DNA of 64,000 bases from Macrostomum lignano. Taxonomy: Eukaryota. The DNA lies in NCBI GenBank assembly GCA_002269645.1, contig NIVC01000085.1, positions 124,001 through 188,000 on the forward strand. The letters run 5' to 3'. Positions 40,501 through 52,079 of the stretch are shown piece by piece. The notes under the pieces are model-generated. The model did no database searches and was not told the origin of the DNA. It saw only the letters and a program-made list of their open reading frames with translations. Every line of letters begins with the position of its first letter. Positions within the stretch are counted from its first letter, which is position 1. The position numbers and the translations under genes are program-made.

Positions 40501-43500
40501 GGGTGAAGAGAGAGAGAGGGAGAGAGGGTGCAAGAGAGAGGATGAGGGAAAGAGTGTGGAGGAGAGAGGTTGGTTGAGAGAGAGAGTGAGGGGAGAGAGT
40601 TTGGTGGAGAGAGGGTGAGGCGAGAGAGGGTGAGGGAGAGAGGGTGATGGAGAGAGGGTAAGGGAGAGAGGGAGAGAGGGTAAGGGAGGGAGGGAGAGAG
40701 GGTGAGGGAGAGAGGGAGAGAGGGTAAGGGAGGGAGGGGGAGAGGGAGAGAGGGAGAGAGGGAGAGAGGGTAAGGGAGGGAGGGTAAGGGAGGGAGGGAG
40801 AGAGGGAGAGAGGGAGAGAGGGAGAGAGGGAGAGAGGGAGAGAGGGAGAGAGGGAGAGAGGGTATGGGAGAGAGGGAGAGAGGGAGAGAGGGAGAGAGGG
40901 TAAGGGAGGGAGGGTGAAGGAGAGAGGGAGAGGCAGATTACGGTATGGAGGGAAGACAGAGAGAAGAAGAGTCTGTACCAGACCAACGAGCTCCCAGTTC
41001 CTCCGCCACTGTCTCGCTCAAAGTCGCTGCTCTCAAAGCTTTTCCCCAGGGCAAAAGAATGGCTCATTGAAACTCCACCGATCCTACCCAGGAAATTATT
41101 CACCTGGATCCACCGGTTCACCAAGGGCCTGAACTGGAGCCGCAGTCAGGAGGCCGAGGCCAGCCGGTGCCAGGCAGATTACCAGCTAATTCCCTACGAA
41201 GGCCTATTCGAAGAATACCTGGAGATGGTGCTGCAGTTCGGCTTCATCACCATTTTTGTAGCCGCCTTCCCTCTGGCGCCGTTCTTCGCCCTGCTGAACA
41301 ACTGGCTGGAGATCCGGCTGGATGCCAGCAAGCTGGTGTGCGAGACCCGGCGGCCGGTGTCCGAGCGGGCGCAGGACATTGGGGTCTGGTTCACCTTGCT
41401 GGATGTCATCGTGCAGCTGTCGGTCATCTCCAATGTGAGTTGGGGCGGAAAATGGGGCGCATTTTAGATTATTGAGGAGTGAGCGGAAAATGGGGGCGGA
41501 TTCAAGGTTACTCTAGGGGCGGAAAATGGGGCGGATTTAAGGTTACTCTAGGGGCGGAAAATGGGGGCGGATTCAAGGTTACTCTAGGGGCGGAAAATGG
41601 GGCGGATTTAAGGTTACTCTAGGGGCGGAAAATGGGCGGATTCTGGATTATTAATGGGGCGGAAAATGGGCGGACTCTGGATTATTAATGGGGCGGAAAA
41701 TGGGCGGATTCAAGGTTACTCTAGGGGCGGAAAATGGGGCGGATTTAAGTTACTCTAGGGGCGAAAAATGGGCGGATTCTGGATTAATAATGGGGCGAAA
41801 AATGGGCGGATTCTGGATTAATAATGGGGCGAAAAATGGGCGGATTCTGGATTAATAATGGGGAAAAAATGGGCGGATTCTGGATTAATAATGGGGCGAA
41901 AAATGGGCGGATTCTGGATTAATAATGGGGAAAAAATGGGCGGATTCTGGATTAATAATGGGGAAAAAATGGGCGGATTCTGGATTAATAATGGGGCGGA
42001 AAATGGGCGGATTCTGGATTATTACGCTCGTAAGCGGGAAAAATGGAGCGGATTTTAGATTGTTGAGGGGGAGGAAAATGGGGCGGATTTTAGATTAATC
42101 TAGGGGCGGAAAATCGGACGGTTTTTAGACTATTGAGGGGCGGAACATGGGGTGGATTTCAGATTTTAGATTATTCTAGGCGCGGGAAATGGGGCGGATT
42201 ATATTGATTTTTAAGGGGGTGGATAATGAGGCAGACTTTTTACCCAGAAATCGGAGCAAAAATGAACAATTTCTGTTATGCTTATCAACTCCCACTGGCA
42301 GGCCTTTTTAATCGCCTTCACCTCTGAGTTCCTGCCCAAGGAGTTGTACAAGTACCAGTTCGACTCTGAGCTGCACGGCTACACCAACTTCACCCTGGCC
42401 TGGTCGCCGGCCAACTCGACTGCTCAGCCGTGCCGCTACAAGGCATTCAGAGGCGAGGACGGCCACTACACCATGTTCTACTGGAAGCTGCTGGCGGTGC
42501 GCCTGGCCTTTGTGATCGTGTTTGAGGTGAGCCCGGTCCGGGGCTTCTGTCTTACATGTTATGCCGCCACTAACTGCTGGCTCTTTGATGTTCCGCCAAT
42601 ACATTGGAATCCTGTAATGTGCCGCCACTACTCTAGAATACTTTGATGTGCCGCCACTACTCCATAATACTCTTATGTACCCCCCCGCAACTACTCTAGA
42701 ACCCTTTGATGTGCCGCCACTACTCTATAGAATCCTTTGATGTGCCGCCAACTACTTACTCTGAAATCCTTTGAAGTGCCGCCATTACTCTCTAGAATCC
42801 TTTGATGTTCCGCCAACTACTCTGAAATCCTTTGAAGTGCCGCCACTACTCTAGAATCCTTTGATGTTCCTCAACTACTCTGAAATCCTTTGACGTGCCG
42901 CCACTACTCTGAAATCATTTGACGTGCCGCCACTACTCTGAAATCCTTTGACGTGCCGCCACTACTCTGAAATCCTTTGATATGCCGCCACTACTCTAGA
43001 ATCCTTTGATATGCCGCCACTACTCTGAAATCCTTTGATATGCCGCCACTACTCTAGAATCCTTTGATGTGCTGCCACTACTCTAGAATCCTTTGATATG
43101 CCGCCACTACTCTAGAATCCTTTGATGTGCCGCCACTACTCTATAGAATCCTTTGATGTGCCGCCACTACTCTATAGAATCCTTTGATGTGCCGCCACTA
43201 CTCTAGAATCCTTTGATGTGCCGCCATTACTCTCTAAAATCCTTTGATTTTCCTCAACTACTCTAGAATCCTTTGATGTTTCTCAACTACTCTAGAATCC
43301 TTTGATGTTTCTCAACTACTCTAGAATCCTTTGATGTTCCTCAACTACTCTAGAATCCTTTGATGTGCCCTCATTACTCTCTAAAATCCTTCGAAGTGCC
43401 GCCACTACTTTAGAATCCTTTGATATTCTTCAACTACTCTAGAATCCTTTATTGTTCCGCCACTACTTTACAATCCTTTGATGTGCCGCCACTACTCTAG

Positions 43501-43793
43501 AATGCTTTGATGTGCCGCCACTTACATGTAACTTTGAAGTGACTAAAGAAAAAACACGAGTTTAATTTTTTATCTCTACCACACTGCCCGCTCAGCACGT
43601 GGTGTTCTTCATCAGCCGGATGCTGGACATTCTTATCCCGGACGTGCCGGAAGTGCTGCAGGTGAAGATCAAGAGGGAGCAGTACCTAGCCAAGCAGGCC
43701 CTGATGGACGCGGAGACTTTGCAGAGCCAACGGCTGCAACTACAAACTGATGCCGAGGCTCTTGTTGGTGGCGACTCCGTTGCCAGGGCTTGA
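28592..43793 (+). CDS. ANO7: anoctamin/TMEM16 family protein (closest by eye to ANO7), 16 exons, about 880 aa
   Basis: Exons 28592-28687, 30249-30378, 31595-31728, 32154-32261, 34605-34741, 34829-34997, 35465-35627, 35725-35815, 37558-37724, 37844-38064, 39412-39607, 40017-40128, 40213-40365, 41092-41434, 42302-42526, 43596-43793. All GT-AG, phases compatible, 2643 nt total. Motifs [117 protein letters not shown]. Paralog assignment needs a phylogeny. Confidence 0.93.
28725..29260. repeat. 27-bp minisatellite (GTGGCGCCACTGAGACACAAATCTAAT)n, anoctamin intron 1
   Basis: About 19 units; palindromic GTGGCGCCAC core. Confidence 0.95.
29690..30130. repeat. about 32-bp minisatellite (GAGATTAGATCTGTAAGATAGATCTACTATAT), anoctamin intron 1
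   Basis: Diverged units rich in AGATCT palindromes. Confidence 0.85.
30385..31245 (+). repeat. interstitial telomere-like array, 22-bp unit TTAGGGTTTAGGGTTTTATGAG, anoctamin intron 2
   Basis: Starts a few bases after the donor at 30379; degenerates beyond about 31010. Confidence 0.92.
32320..33350. repeat. GA-rich tandem repeat (GAGGAGGGTGA-type), anoctamin intron 4
   Basis: Direct reading. Confidence 0.9.
33970..34320. repeat. degenerate GCTATTTTTAGAATCA-core repeat, copy 1 (same family as 39715-39990)
   Basis: About 10 units of roughly 33 bp. Confidence 0.8.
35020..35280. repeat. about 49-bp minisatellite (CTCTCTACCGCCACCTCACTCCCTGCCCTCTTCTTATTGGCTGTTGT-like) x5
   Basis: ACCGCC anchors at 35116 and 35165. 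Confidence 0.88.
35945..36020 (+). mobile_element. tRNA-derived SINE head or tRNA pseudogene
   Basis: A-box-like TGGCTTAGGGGATAGC, B-box GGTTCGAATCCC with T-arm CCGAG/CCCGG, acceptor-like pairing CTGAC/GTCAG. No clean anticodon arm. Confidence 0.6.
36440..37545 (-). repeat. interstitial telomere-like array, 12-bp unit ACCCTAACCTAA (TTAGGTTAGGGT on the - strand), anoctamin intron 8
   Basis: About 90 units; ends about 10 nt before the acceptor at 37556-37557. Confidence 0.95.
38130..38500. repeat. 14-bp minisatellite (ATGAGCGATTCTCT)n
   Basis: Direct reading; degenerate 3' half. Confidence 0.88.
38660..39290. repeat. 14-bp minisatellite (GAAGGGATTCTCCC)n
   Basis: Two near-perfect blocks separated by variant units at about 38920-39040. 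Confidence 0.96.
39715..39990. repeat. GAGCTATTTTTAGAATCA-core repeat, copy 2
   Basis: About 8 units. Confidence 0.82.
40425..40930. repeat. GA-rich repeat (GGGAGAGA/GGGTAAGGGA)
   Basis: Direct reading. Confidence 0.9.
41440..42230. repeat. about 33-bp minisatellite (GGGGCGGAAAATGGGCGGATTCTGGATTAATAAT and variants)
   Basis: Begins immediately after the donor at 41435; two GGGCGG words per unit. Confidence 0.9.
42560..43520 (+). repeat. 29-bp minisatellite (CCTTTGATGTGCCGCCACTACTCTAGAAT)n, last anoctamin intron; TCF HMG plus Helper site composite
   Basis: About 32 units; flanked by the direct repeat CTTACATGT (42551-42559, 43521-43529). Confidence 0.95.
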
Positions 43794-43939
43794 GATTTGA
43801 AAACCATCCGTGGGGCGACCAAGACTATGCAATAGACTGAATAGTCTTTGTTCTTTTCATAATATTAGCCCCGAGCTAATATACACTGCTTGTATACTCT
43901 GTTTGGTGGGAGTTTTCACTTCTGTGTCTTGAGAATTGT

Positions 43940-43944
43940 CGTCC

Positions 43945-43990
<46 letters not shown>

Positions 43991-44013
43991 CTGTCTGTCT
44001 GTGTCTGTCTGTG

Positions 44014-44066
<53 letters not shown>

Positions 44067-44090
44067 GTCTGTCTGTCTGTCTGTCTGCCC

Positions 44091-44146
<56 letters not shown>

Positions 44147-44196
44147 GTCTGTCTGTCTGCCTGTCTGTCTGTGTCTGTCTGTGTGTCTGTCTGCCC

Positions 44197-44272
<76 letters not shown>

Positions 44273-44361
44273 CTGTCTGTCTGTCTGTCTGTCTAGCTGT
44301 TTGTGTGTCTTAGTGTCTGTCTGTCTATCTGTTTGTGTGTCTTAGTGTCTGTCTGTCTGCG

Positions 44362-44407
<46 letters not shown>

Positions 44408-44515
44408 GCTGTTTGTGTGTCTTAGTGTCTGTCTGTCTATCTGTTTGTGTGTCTTAGTGTCTGTCTGTCTTAGTGTCTTTCTGTCTTAATGTCTGTCTGT
44501 CTGCCTGTCTGTCTG
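43940..44515. repeat. (GTCT)n microsatellite downstream of the anoctamin stop
   Basis: Direct reading. Confidence 0.95.
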
Positions 44516-45229
44516 CCCCCTCTGATCCCCAAATGCATAATATGGGGCAAAAAATTCAAGTACTCATCGCTTTGGCTTTCTAATAGCTAAGAAAGCACTG
44601 AAAAACTCACAGCACAATCCCGAATTACTAATAGTAGTCTAACAACTACTCGAACACAGAGTCAAACAGAAAACCAAAATTTTCAAAGCCAAAGTATAAA
44701 TTTAACCTTTCTTGCTATACATACTACTTGCAAGCAATCTTGTACGCGCTCCGATTTAATAGCCCCAGTGATGCGTACTACTCGTAAAGTGCAAATGTAT
44801 TTGCTCTAAATTCCACAATACCCGTATCTGATATTTATAATAGCACCTGAAGGTGGCGGTAACAGTGGCGGTTGGTTCTTAATTAAAGTTACTTTAGCTA
44901 CTTAAATCATTCTTATTTTTTGGTAGCCGTATATATTGTTGATTATTTTCACAAATAGACTTTATTTTTGCATGCTAACATTGTACTCGTAATGCTACAT
45001 CTTAAACACAATAATAAGTAAACAAAACAGCAATGTATTGTGACACGTAAGCTGTGGCTTTTCATTTTAAAAATATAGCCAAACTTTTCTTTGGCAATCT
45101 TTTGTTAGTCTGTCATTTCTCTATTGTACGTTTTTAAAGTGCCGTAAAACAAATATAAATTTGTAACAACTGCAATGCATATTGCTGGTACAGTGCACTG
45201 AACTTTGATGCTGGTCAATCAGATTAGAT

Positions 45230-46030
45230 ATGTGTACACACACTAGCACTTAAGGTACACTGTACACACACTAACCCCAAGGTACACTGTACACACACTA
45301 GCACCCAAGGTACACTGTACACACACTAGCACCCAAGGTACACTGTACACACACTAGCACTTAAGGTACACTGTACACACACTAACCCCAAGGTACACTG
45401 TACACACACTAGCACCCAAGGTACACTGCACACACACACACTAACCCCAAGGTACACTGTACACACACTAGCACCCAAGGTACACTGTACACACACTAGC
45501 ACCCAAGGTACACTGCACACACACACACACTAACCCCAAGGTACACTGTACACACACTAGCACCCAAGGTACACTGTACACACACTAGCACCCAAGGTAC
45601 ACTGCACACACACACACTAACCCCAAGGTACACTGTACACACCCTAGCACCCAAGGTACACTGTACACACACTAGCACCCAAGGTACACTGCACACACAC
45701 ACACAAGCACCCAATGTACACTGTACACACACTAGCACCCAATGTACACTGTACACACACACAAGCACCCAATGTACACTGTACACACACACTAGCACCC
45801 AATGTACACTGTACACACACTAGCATCCAATGTACACTGTACACACACACACTAACCCCAAGGTACACTGTACACACACAAGCACCCAATGTACACTGTA
45901 CACACACACTAGCACCCAATGTACACTGTACGCACACTCACCCCAATGTACACTGTACACACACACTAGCACCCAATGTACACTGTACACACACACTAGC
46001 ACCCAATGTACACTGTACACACACTGACCC
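45230..46030. repeat. about 28-bp minisatellite (ACACACTAGCACCCAAGGTACACTGTAC)n with variable (AC)n
   Basis: Direct reading. Confidence 0.93.
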
Positions 46031-46629
46031 CACACACCAGCACCCCAATATAGAGCATAAAATAGATTTGCTAGTTACATACGTCAAACTGCAGTATCCT
46101 AAACAGTAACCAAACTTTAGGAACTGAGCGCAAAACTGTAAATGTGACGCAATTATGAATAATAGCTTGAATATTATATTAGTTAAAAATTCATTAAATC
46201 ACAATTAAGTGCAGAGAATATAGACAAAAACAGAGCAGGCCCAGGTTTGTCACGGTGTAACACACAAAACGCGTATATTTCTTTTTACACGCACAAGATG
46301 ACCTACTGCGATGCAAAACTACTGAAAGTAGGCTTTTAAGTGAAAAAGCACTATTATTTTATTTGGTAAACAAATATCCTAGAAGTCTGCGTTTAAACAA
46401 AAATTAAATAACACAAATTGGGTAAAACTGACTCTGAGGATCTGGAATCACGGGATCGATGTTAAAATATCCCGCGATACGTCGACTAAAATCTTAAATC
46501 TTAAAAAATCATAGGAGCTGAATAAAATCCTATTGATAGAACTGGACATCCCTGCAAGCTAAAAAAACAATGCGAAGCATATTGCATTCTGGCTTCCTAC
46601 ACATGGATTGTACTCGTACATACAAATCC

Positions 46630-48645
46630 CAGAGATCCCGATTGTTAATCCGGGAGATCCCGATTGCTAATCCGGGAGATCCCGATTGTTAATCCCTCAG
46701 AGATCCCGATCGTTAATCCCAGAGATCCCGATTGTTAATCCCTCAGAGATCCCGATTGTTAATCCCAGAGATCTCGATTGTGAGTCCTAGAGATCCCGAT
46801 TGTTAATCTCTCAGAGATCCCGATTGTTAATCCCTCAGAGATCCCAATTGTTAATCCTTCAGAGATCCCGATTGTTAATCCCTCAGAGATCCCAATTGTT
46901 AATCCCTCAGAGATCCCAATTGTTAATCCCTCAGAGATCCCAATTGTTAATCTCTCAGAGATCCCGATTGTTAATCCTTCAGAGATCCCGATTGTTAATC
47001 TTTCAGAGATCCCTATTGTTAATCCCTCAGAGATCCCAATTGTTAATCTCTCAGAGATCCCGATTGTTAATCCTTCAGAGATCCCAATTGTTAATCTTTC
47101 AGAGATCCCTATTGTTAATCCCTCAGAGATCCCAATTGTTAATCCTTCAGAGATCCCTATTGTTAATCCTTCAGAGATCCCAATTGTTAATCCCTCAGAG
47201 ATCCCAATTGTTAATCCTTCAGAGATCCCAATTGTTAATCCTTCAGAGATCCCAATTGTTAATACCTCAGAGATCCCAATTGTTTATCCTTCAGAGATCC
47301 CGATTGTTAATCCCTCAGAGATCCCAATTGTTAATCCTTCAGAGATCCCGATTGTTAATCTTAGAGATCCTGATTGTCAATCTTAGAGATCCCGATTGTT
47401 AATCTTAGAGATCCCGATTGTTAATCTTAGAGATCCCGATTGTTAATCTTAGAGATCCCGATTGTTAATCTTAGAGATCCCGATTGTTAATCCTTCAGAG
47501 ATCCCAATTGTTAATCCTTCAGAGATCCCAATTGTTAATCCTTCAGAGATCCCGATTGTTAATCCTTCAGAGATCCCGATAGTTAATCCCTCAGAGATCC
47601 CAATTATTAATCTTTCAGAGATCCCGATTGTTAATCCCTCAGAGATCCCGATCGTTAATCCCAGAGATCCCGATTGTTAATCTTAGAGATCCCGATTGTT
47701 AATCTCTCAGAGATCCCGATTGTTAATCCTTCAGAGATCCCGATAGTGAATCCTTCAGAGATCCCGATAGTGAATCCTTCAGAGATCCCGATTGTTAATC
47801 CCAGAGATCCCGATTGTTAATCCCAGAGATCCCGATTGTTAATCCTTCAGAGATCCCGATTGTTAATCCTTCAGAGATCCCGATAGTGAATCCTTCAGAG
47901 ATCCCGATAGTGAATCCTTCAGAGATCCCGATTGTTAATCCTTCAGAGATCCCGATTGTTAATCCTTCAGAGATCCCGATTGTTAATCCTTCAGAGATCC
48001 CGATTGTTAATCCTTCAGAGATCCCGATTGTTAATCCTTCAGAGATCCCGATAGTGAATCCTTCAGAGATCCCGATAGTGAATCCTTCAGAGATCCCGAT
48101 TGTTAATCCTTCAGAGATCGCGATTGTTAATCCCTCAGAGATCCCAATTGTTAATCCTTCAGAGATCTCGGTTGTTAATCCCTCAGAGATCCCAATTATT
48201 AATCTTTCAGAGATCCCGATTGTTAATCCCTCGGAGATCCCGATTGTTAACCCCAGAGATCTCGATTGTGAATCCTAGAGATCCCGATTGTTAATCTCTC
48301 AGAGATCCCGATTTTTAATCTCTCAGAGATTCTGATTGTTAATTTCTCAGAGATCCCGATTGTTAATCCCTCAGAGATCCCAATTGTTAACCCCAGAGAT
48401 CCTGATTGTCAATCTTAGAGATCCCGATTGTTAATCTTAGAGATCCCGATTGTTAATCCCAGAGATCCCGATTGTTAATCTCTCAGAGATCCCGATTGTT
48501 AATCCTTCAGAGATCCCAATTGTTAACCCCAGAGATCCTGATTGTCAATCTTAGAGATCCCGATTGTTAATCTTAGAGATCCCGATTGTTAATCTTAGAG
48601 ATCCCGATTGTTAATCCCAGAGATCCCGATAGTTAATAGTACAGA
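46630..48645. repeat. 24-bp minisatellite (AGAGATCCCGATTGTTAATCCCTC)n with 22-bp variants, 2 kb
   Basis: Direct reading; source of the EIPIVNPS ORFs. Confidence 0.96.
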
Positions 48646-48756
48646 TCCCGAATTCCATAATTACAACTCATGCAAATCAAAAATTGCTCATAACGCTAAA
48701 ACCATAAAACTCTCAAGGATCACAAAAGCCAGGTAATGACAAAATCAATCAATCAG

Positions 48757-51459
48757 TCAACGCCACAACGATGTCAGAAACGCCGAGCGACCTTCGTAGC
48801 AGCTCTCGTCCACCGGGATAGAGAACTCGTCGTCAACTTCAACCCAGTCGTCGTCGCCTTCGTCGACTCTGCCAGCCGCAGGCGAGGCTGGGAAAAAAGC
48901 TTGCGATGGCAACAGCCTACTAGAAGGAGAGGCATCGTGCAGACTGGAAGTGGTGCTACCAATGACAGCGGGCAGTTCCCATTCAGCTCTGACGTGAATA
49001 GGATCATAGCCTACTTGTACGCACTGCGGCTCGACCTCATTCGTTAGTTGGTGGTCGTTTCTCTCAGTTGATGATGCACTGGCGAATTCCACGCCTAGTT
49101 GAGAAGACTCAAGCAGCCGGCACAGGGTCAGCAGAGGGTCGCCAGGCGCGTACAGAGCCAGGCAGTGATGGTAGCGGTTGCACAGAGAGTGCAGAGCCAC
49201 CTGCAGTTTGGCGTGCTGAGCGTTCACGGAGTCGCGGGACAGAGGGCTGCGCATGAAGGTGATCGGCACCGGCTGGAACGGGGTCCAGGTGGCCAGACAG
49301 GCGGTGAGCGCCTGCAGCAGGGAGCTGGCGGCTAGGAGGGCCTGGTAGATCTCGGGAGCCGGTTCCAGGCTCCGGCTGGGGAAGCTGGACAGAGGCGGCA
49401 GGCGCAGACGGTGATGCACGATGCTGCGCTCCGTTTCGTGAAGGTTGTACACCTGCCGGGATGGGAGCACGGACGTTTAGTGAGATGAGATTGAGAATGA
49501 GCAGACTGGGAATCTCATGAGACAGGGTGATGAGAATCTCATGAGACTGGGCGATGATAACCTTATCATGAGACTGAGTGATGAAAATCTCATGAGACAG
49601 GGTGATGAGAATCTCATGAGACTGGGCGATGATAACCTTATCATGAGACTGAGTGATGAAAATCTCATGAGACGGGTGATGAGAATCTCATGAGACTGGA
49701 TGATGAGAATCTCATGAGGCAGGGTGATGAGAATCTCATGAGACTGGATGATAAAAATCTCATGAGACTGGATGATGAAAATCTCATGAGACTGGATGAT
49801 GAGAATCTCATGAGGCAGGGTGATGAGAATCTCATGAGACTGGATGATGAGAATCTCATGAGACTGAGTTATGAGAATCTCATGAGACTGAGTGATGAGA
49901 ATTTCATGAGACTGTGATGAGAATCTCATGAGACTGGGTGACGAGAATCTCATGAGACTGAGTGATAAGAATCTCATAAGACTGAGTGATGAGAATCTCA
50001 TAAGACTGGGTGACGAGAATCTCATGAGACGGGGTTATGAGAGTTGAATGAGAATCTCAAGCTACAGCTACAGGGCCTCACCTCAGTCGCAATCAATCGG
50101 CACACACTGCGCGCCTTTTTAGCAGCGCCATGTCTGACGCGCTCGGCTCGCGCCCGCCCAGCATTGTAGCGATCGCGAAGGCTGTTTAGACCGGCTGTGA
50201 GATCTGCCGTCTTCCGCCTGTAGGCCTCCACTTCTCGGCTCAGCGCCGCGCACGCCTGGCGCGCTGCGGAGCGACGCGAGCGCTCGGCGCCGACGGCCTC
50301 GTGCGCGTCGGACAGGGCGCGCCGAAGCTGCTTCAAGCGGAGGCGGCTCTCGCAACGGCGCGACTGGGCGGAGCTGGCAGACGGTGACGACGAAGGGTTG
50401 GCGACCGCCTCCGTCTGCGACTCGAGATTGGCTTTCTGTGAGATCAGCTCGCTTTGCAGGGCCTGCGGGAGGCGGGGCAGGGCAGTGCGAGGCCTCAGTG
50501 CTGGTTAGGGAGGCTGGCCCAGCAACTGAGGATCTGGGAGGCTGGCCCAGCAACTGAGGATCTGGAAGGCTGGCCCGGCAACTGAGGATCTGGGAGGCTG
50601 GCCCAGCAACTGAGGATCTGGAAGGCTGGCCCGGCAACTGAGGATCTGGGAGGCTGGCCCGGCAACTGACACTCTGGGAGGCTGGCCCAGCAACTGAGGA
50701 TCTGGGAGGCTGGCCCAGTAACTGAGTATCTGGAAGACTAGTCCAGCAACTGAGGATCTGGGAGGCTGGCCCAGCAACTGAGGATCTGGGAGGCTGGTCC
50801 AGCAACTGAGGATCTGGAAGACTGGCCCAGCAACTGAGGATCTGGGAGGCTGGCCCAGCAACTGAGGATCTGGGAGCCTGCCCCGGCAACTGACACTCTG
50901 GGAGGCTGGCCCAGCAACTGAGGATCTGGGAGCCTGGCCCGGCAACTGACACTCTGGGAGGCTGGCCCAGCAACTGAGGATCTGGAAGACTAGCCCAGCA
51001 ACTGAGGATCTGGGAGGCTGGCCCAGCAACTGAGGATCTGGGAGCCTGCCCCGGCAACTGACACTCTGGGAGGCTGGCCCAGCAACTGAGGATCTGGGAG
51101 ACTGGCCCGGCAACTGAGGATCTGGGAGGCTGGCCCAGCAACTGAGGATCTGGGAGGCTGGCCCGGCAACTGAGGATCCGGGAGCCTGGCCCGGCAACTG
51201 ACACTCTGGGAGGCTGGTGGCCCAGCAACTGAGGATTTACATTGGGAGTCCCAATGTACCCTAAGAGCCCGAGCCCACATCTGCTCACCTGCAACTGGGC
51301 AAAGGTGACATCATCCCGAATTGCAGTAAAGTTCCCCATACGAACGCAGGCCTGGCAGATGAGGCGGCTCTCCACCACGCAGGTGCTGCACATCGGGCAG
51401 GTCTCGTACCGCTCGGCAGGTGCCAGAGCCTGCTGACTGCCGCTCTTTGACAAATTCAT
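48757..51459 (-). CDS. ATG14: ATG14/Barkor-like PI3KC3 complex I subunit, about 415 aa
   Basis: Exons (-) 51459-51289, 50462-50082, 49452-48757; GT-AG, all phase 0. N-terminal CPMC...LICQACVRMGNF matches the ATG14 CxxC..CxxC-V-x-x-G-x-F pattern. Long coiled coil in exon 2. Acidic DDDWVEV near the C-terminus, ending AFLTSLWR. Central region divergent. Confidence 0.75.
49500..50060. repeat. 24-bp minisatellite (GAGAATCTCATGAGACTGGGTGAT)n, ATG14 intron 2
   Basis: Contains the perfect palindrome TCTCATGAGA in each unit. Confidence 0.93.
50505..51238 (-). repeat. 28-bp minisatellite (GATCCTCAGTTGCTGGGCCAGCCTCCCA)n, ATG14 intron 1
   Basis: About 26 units; same family as 57590-58620, opposite orientation. 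Confidence 0.96.
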
Positions 51460-52079
51460 CACTGCCCTGTCTTTAGCTGGATCTGCAATCGCTAGTACAT
51501 TTACTACTGTTGAGAAAGTCTACCAGTAGTAAGAAAACAAGGAGTTTTTTAATCAATAGCATTATCTGTAAAAATTTTCTAGTTTTCATATGTATGACTA
51601 GGCTATCCTGAACAGTGGCATAGTCAGGGAATGAGTCATGAGTCATCTATTAGCCATTTATTTCTTTAAATTAATGGTATAATTATTTTGTATAAGCATA
51701 ATAACACTAAAATTTCCAATTAATATTTCTATCAAAGACATAATCATCAAACTGGAACCTTTTGGGTAAAAAATAATTGTCATTAAACTCAACTAGTATC
51801 TATCAGTTAGTGAGCTTTAAAATATACTGATATTTTTATGCAAGCAAGAAAAAAGACATGTTCTAAACACATTATTTATTATGGTATGATTCAATCCTTA
51901 ATCTTATCTATTGTTTTATAAGCATAACCTATATTGCAGATTGCATTTTGCATTTTGCATATACCAGAAAGTATTTGGCTGGCTAAGAAAATATATGTAA
52001 ATGAAATATGCTAATAAAGTTTATCAACTAAAATATATACTCGTATATATGCTAGTCAAAAATAAAACTTTAAAAACTA

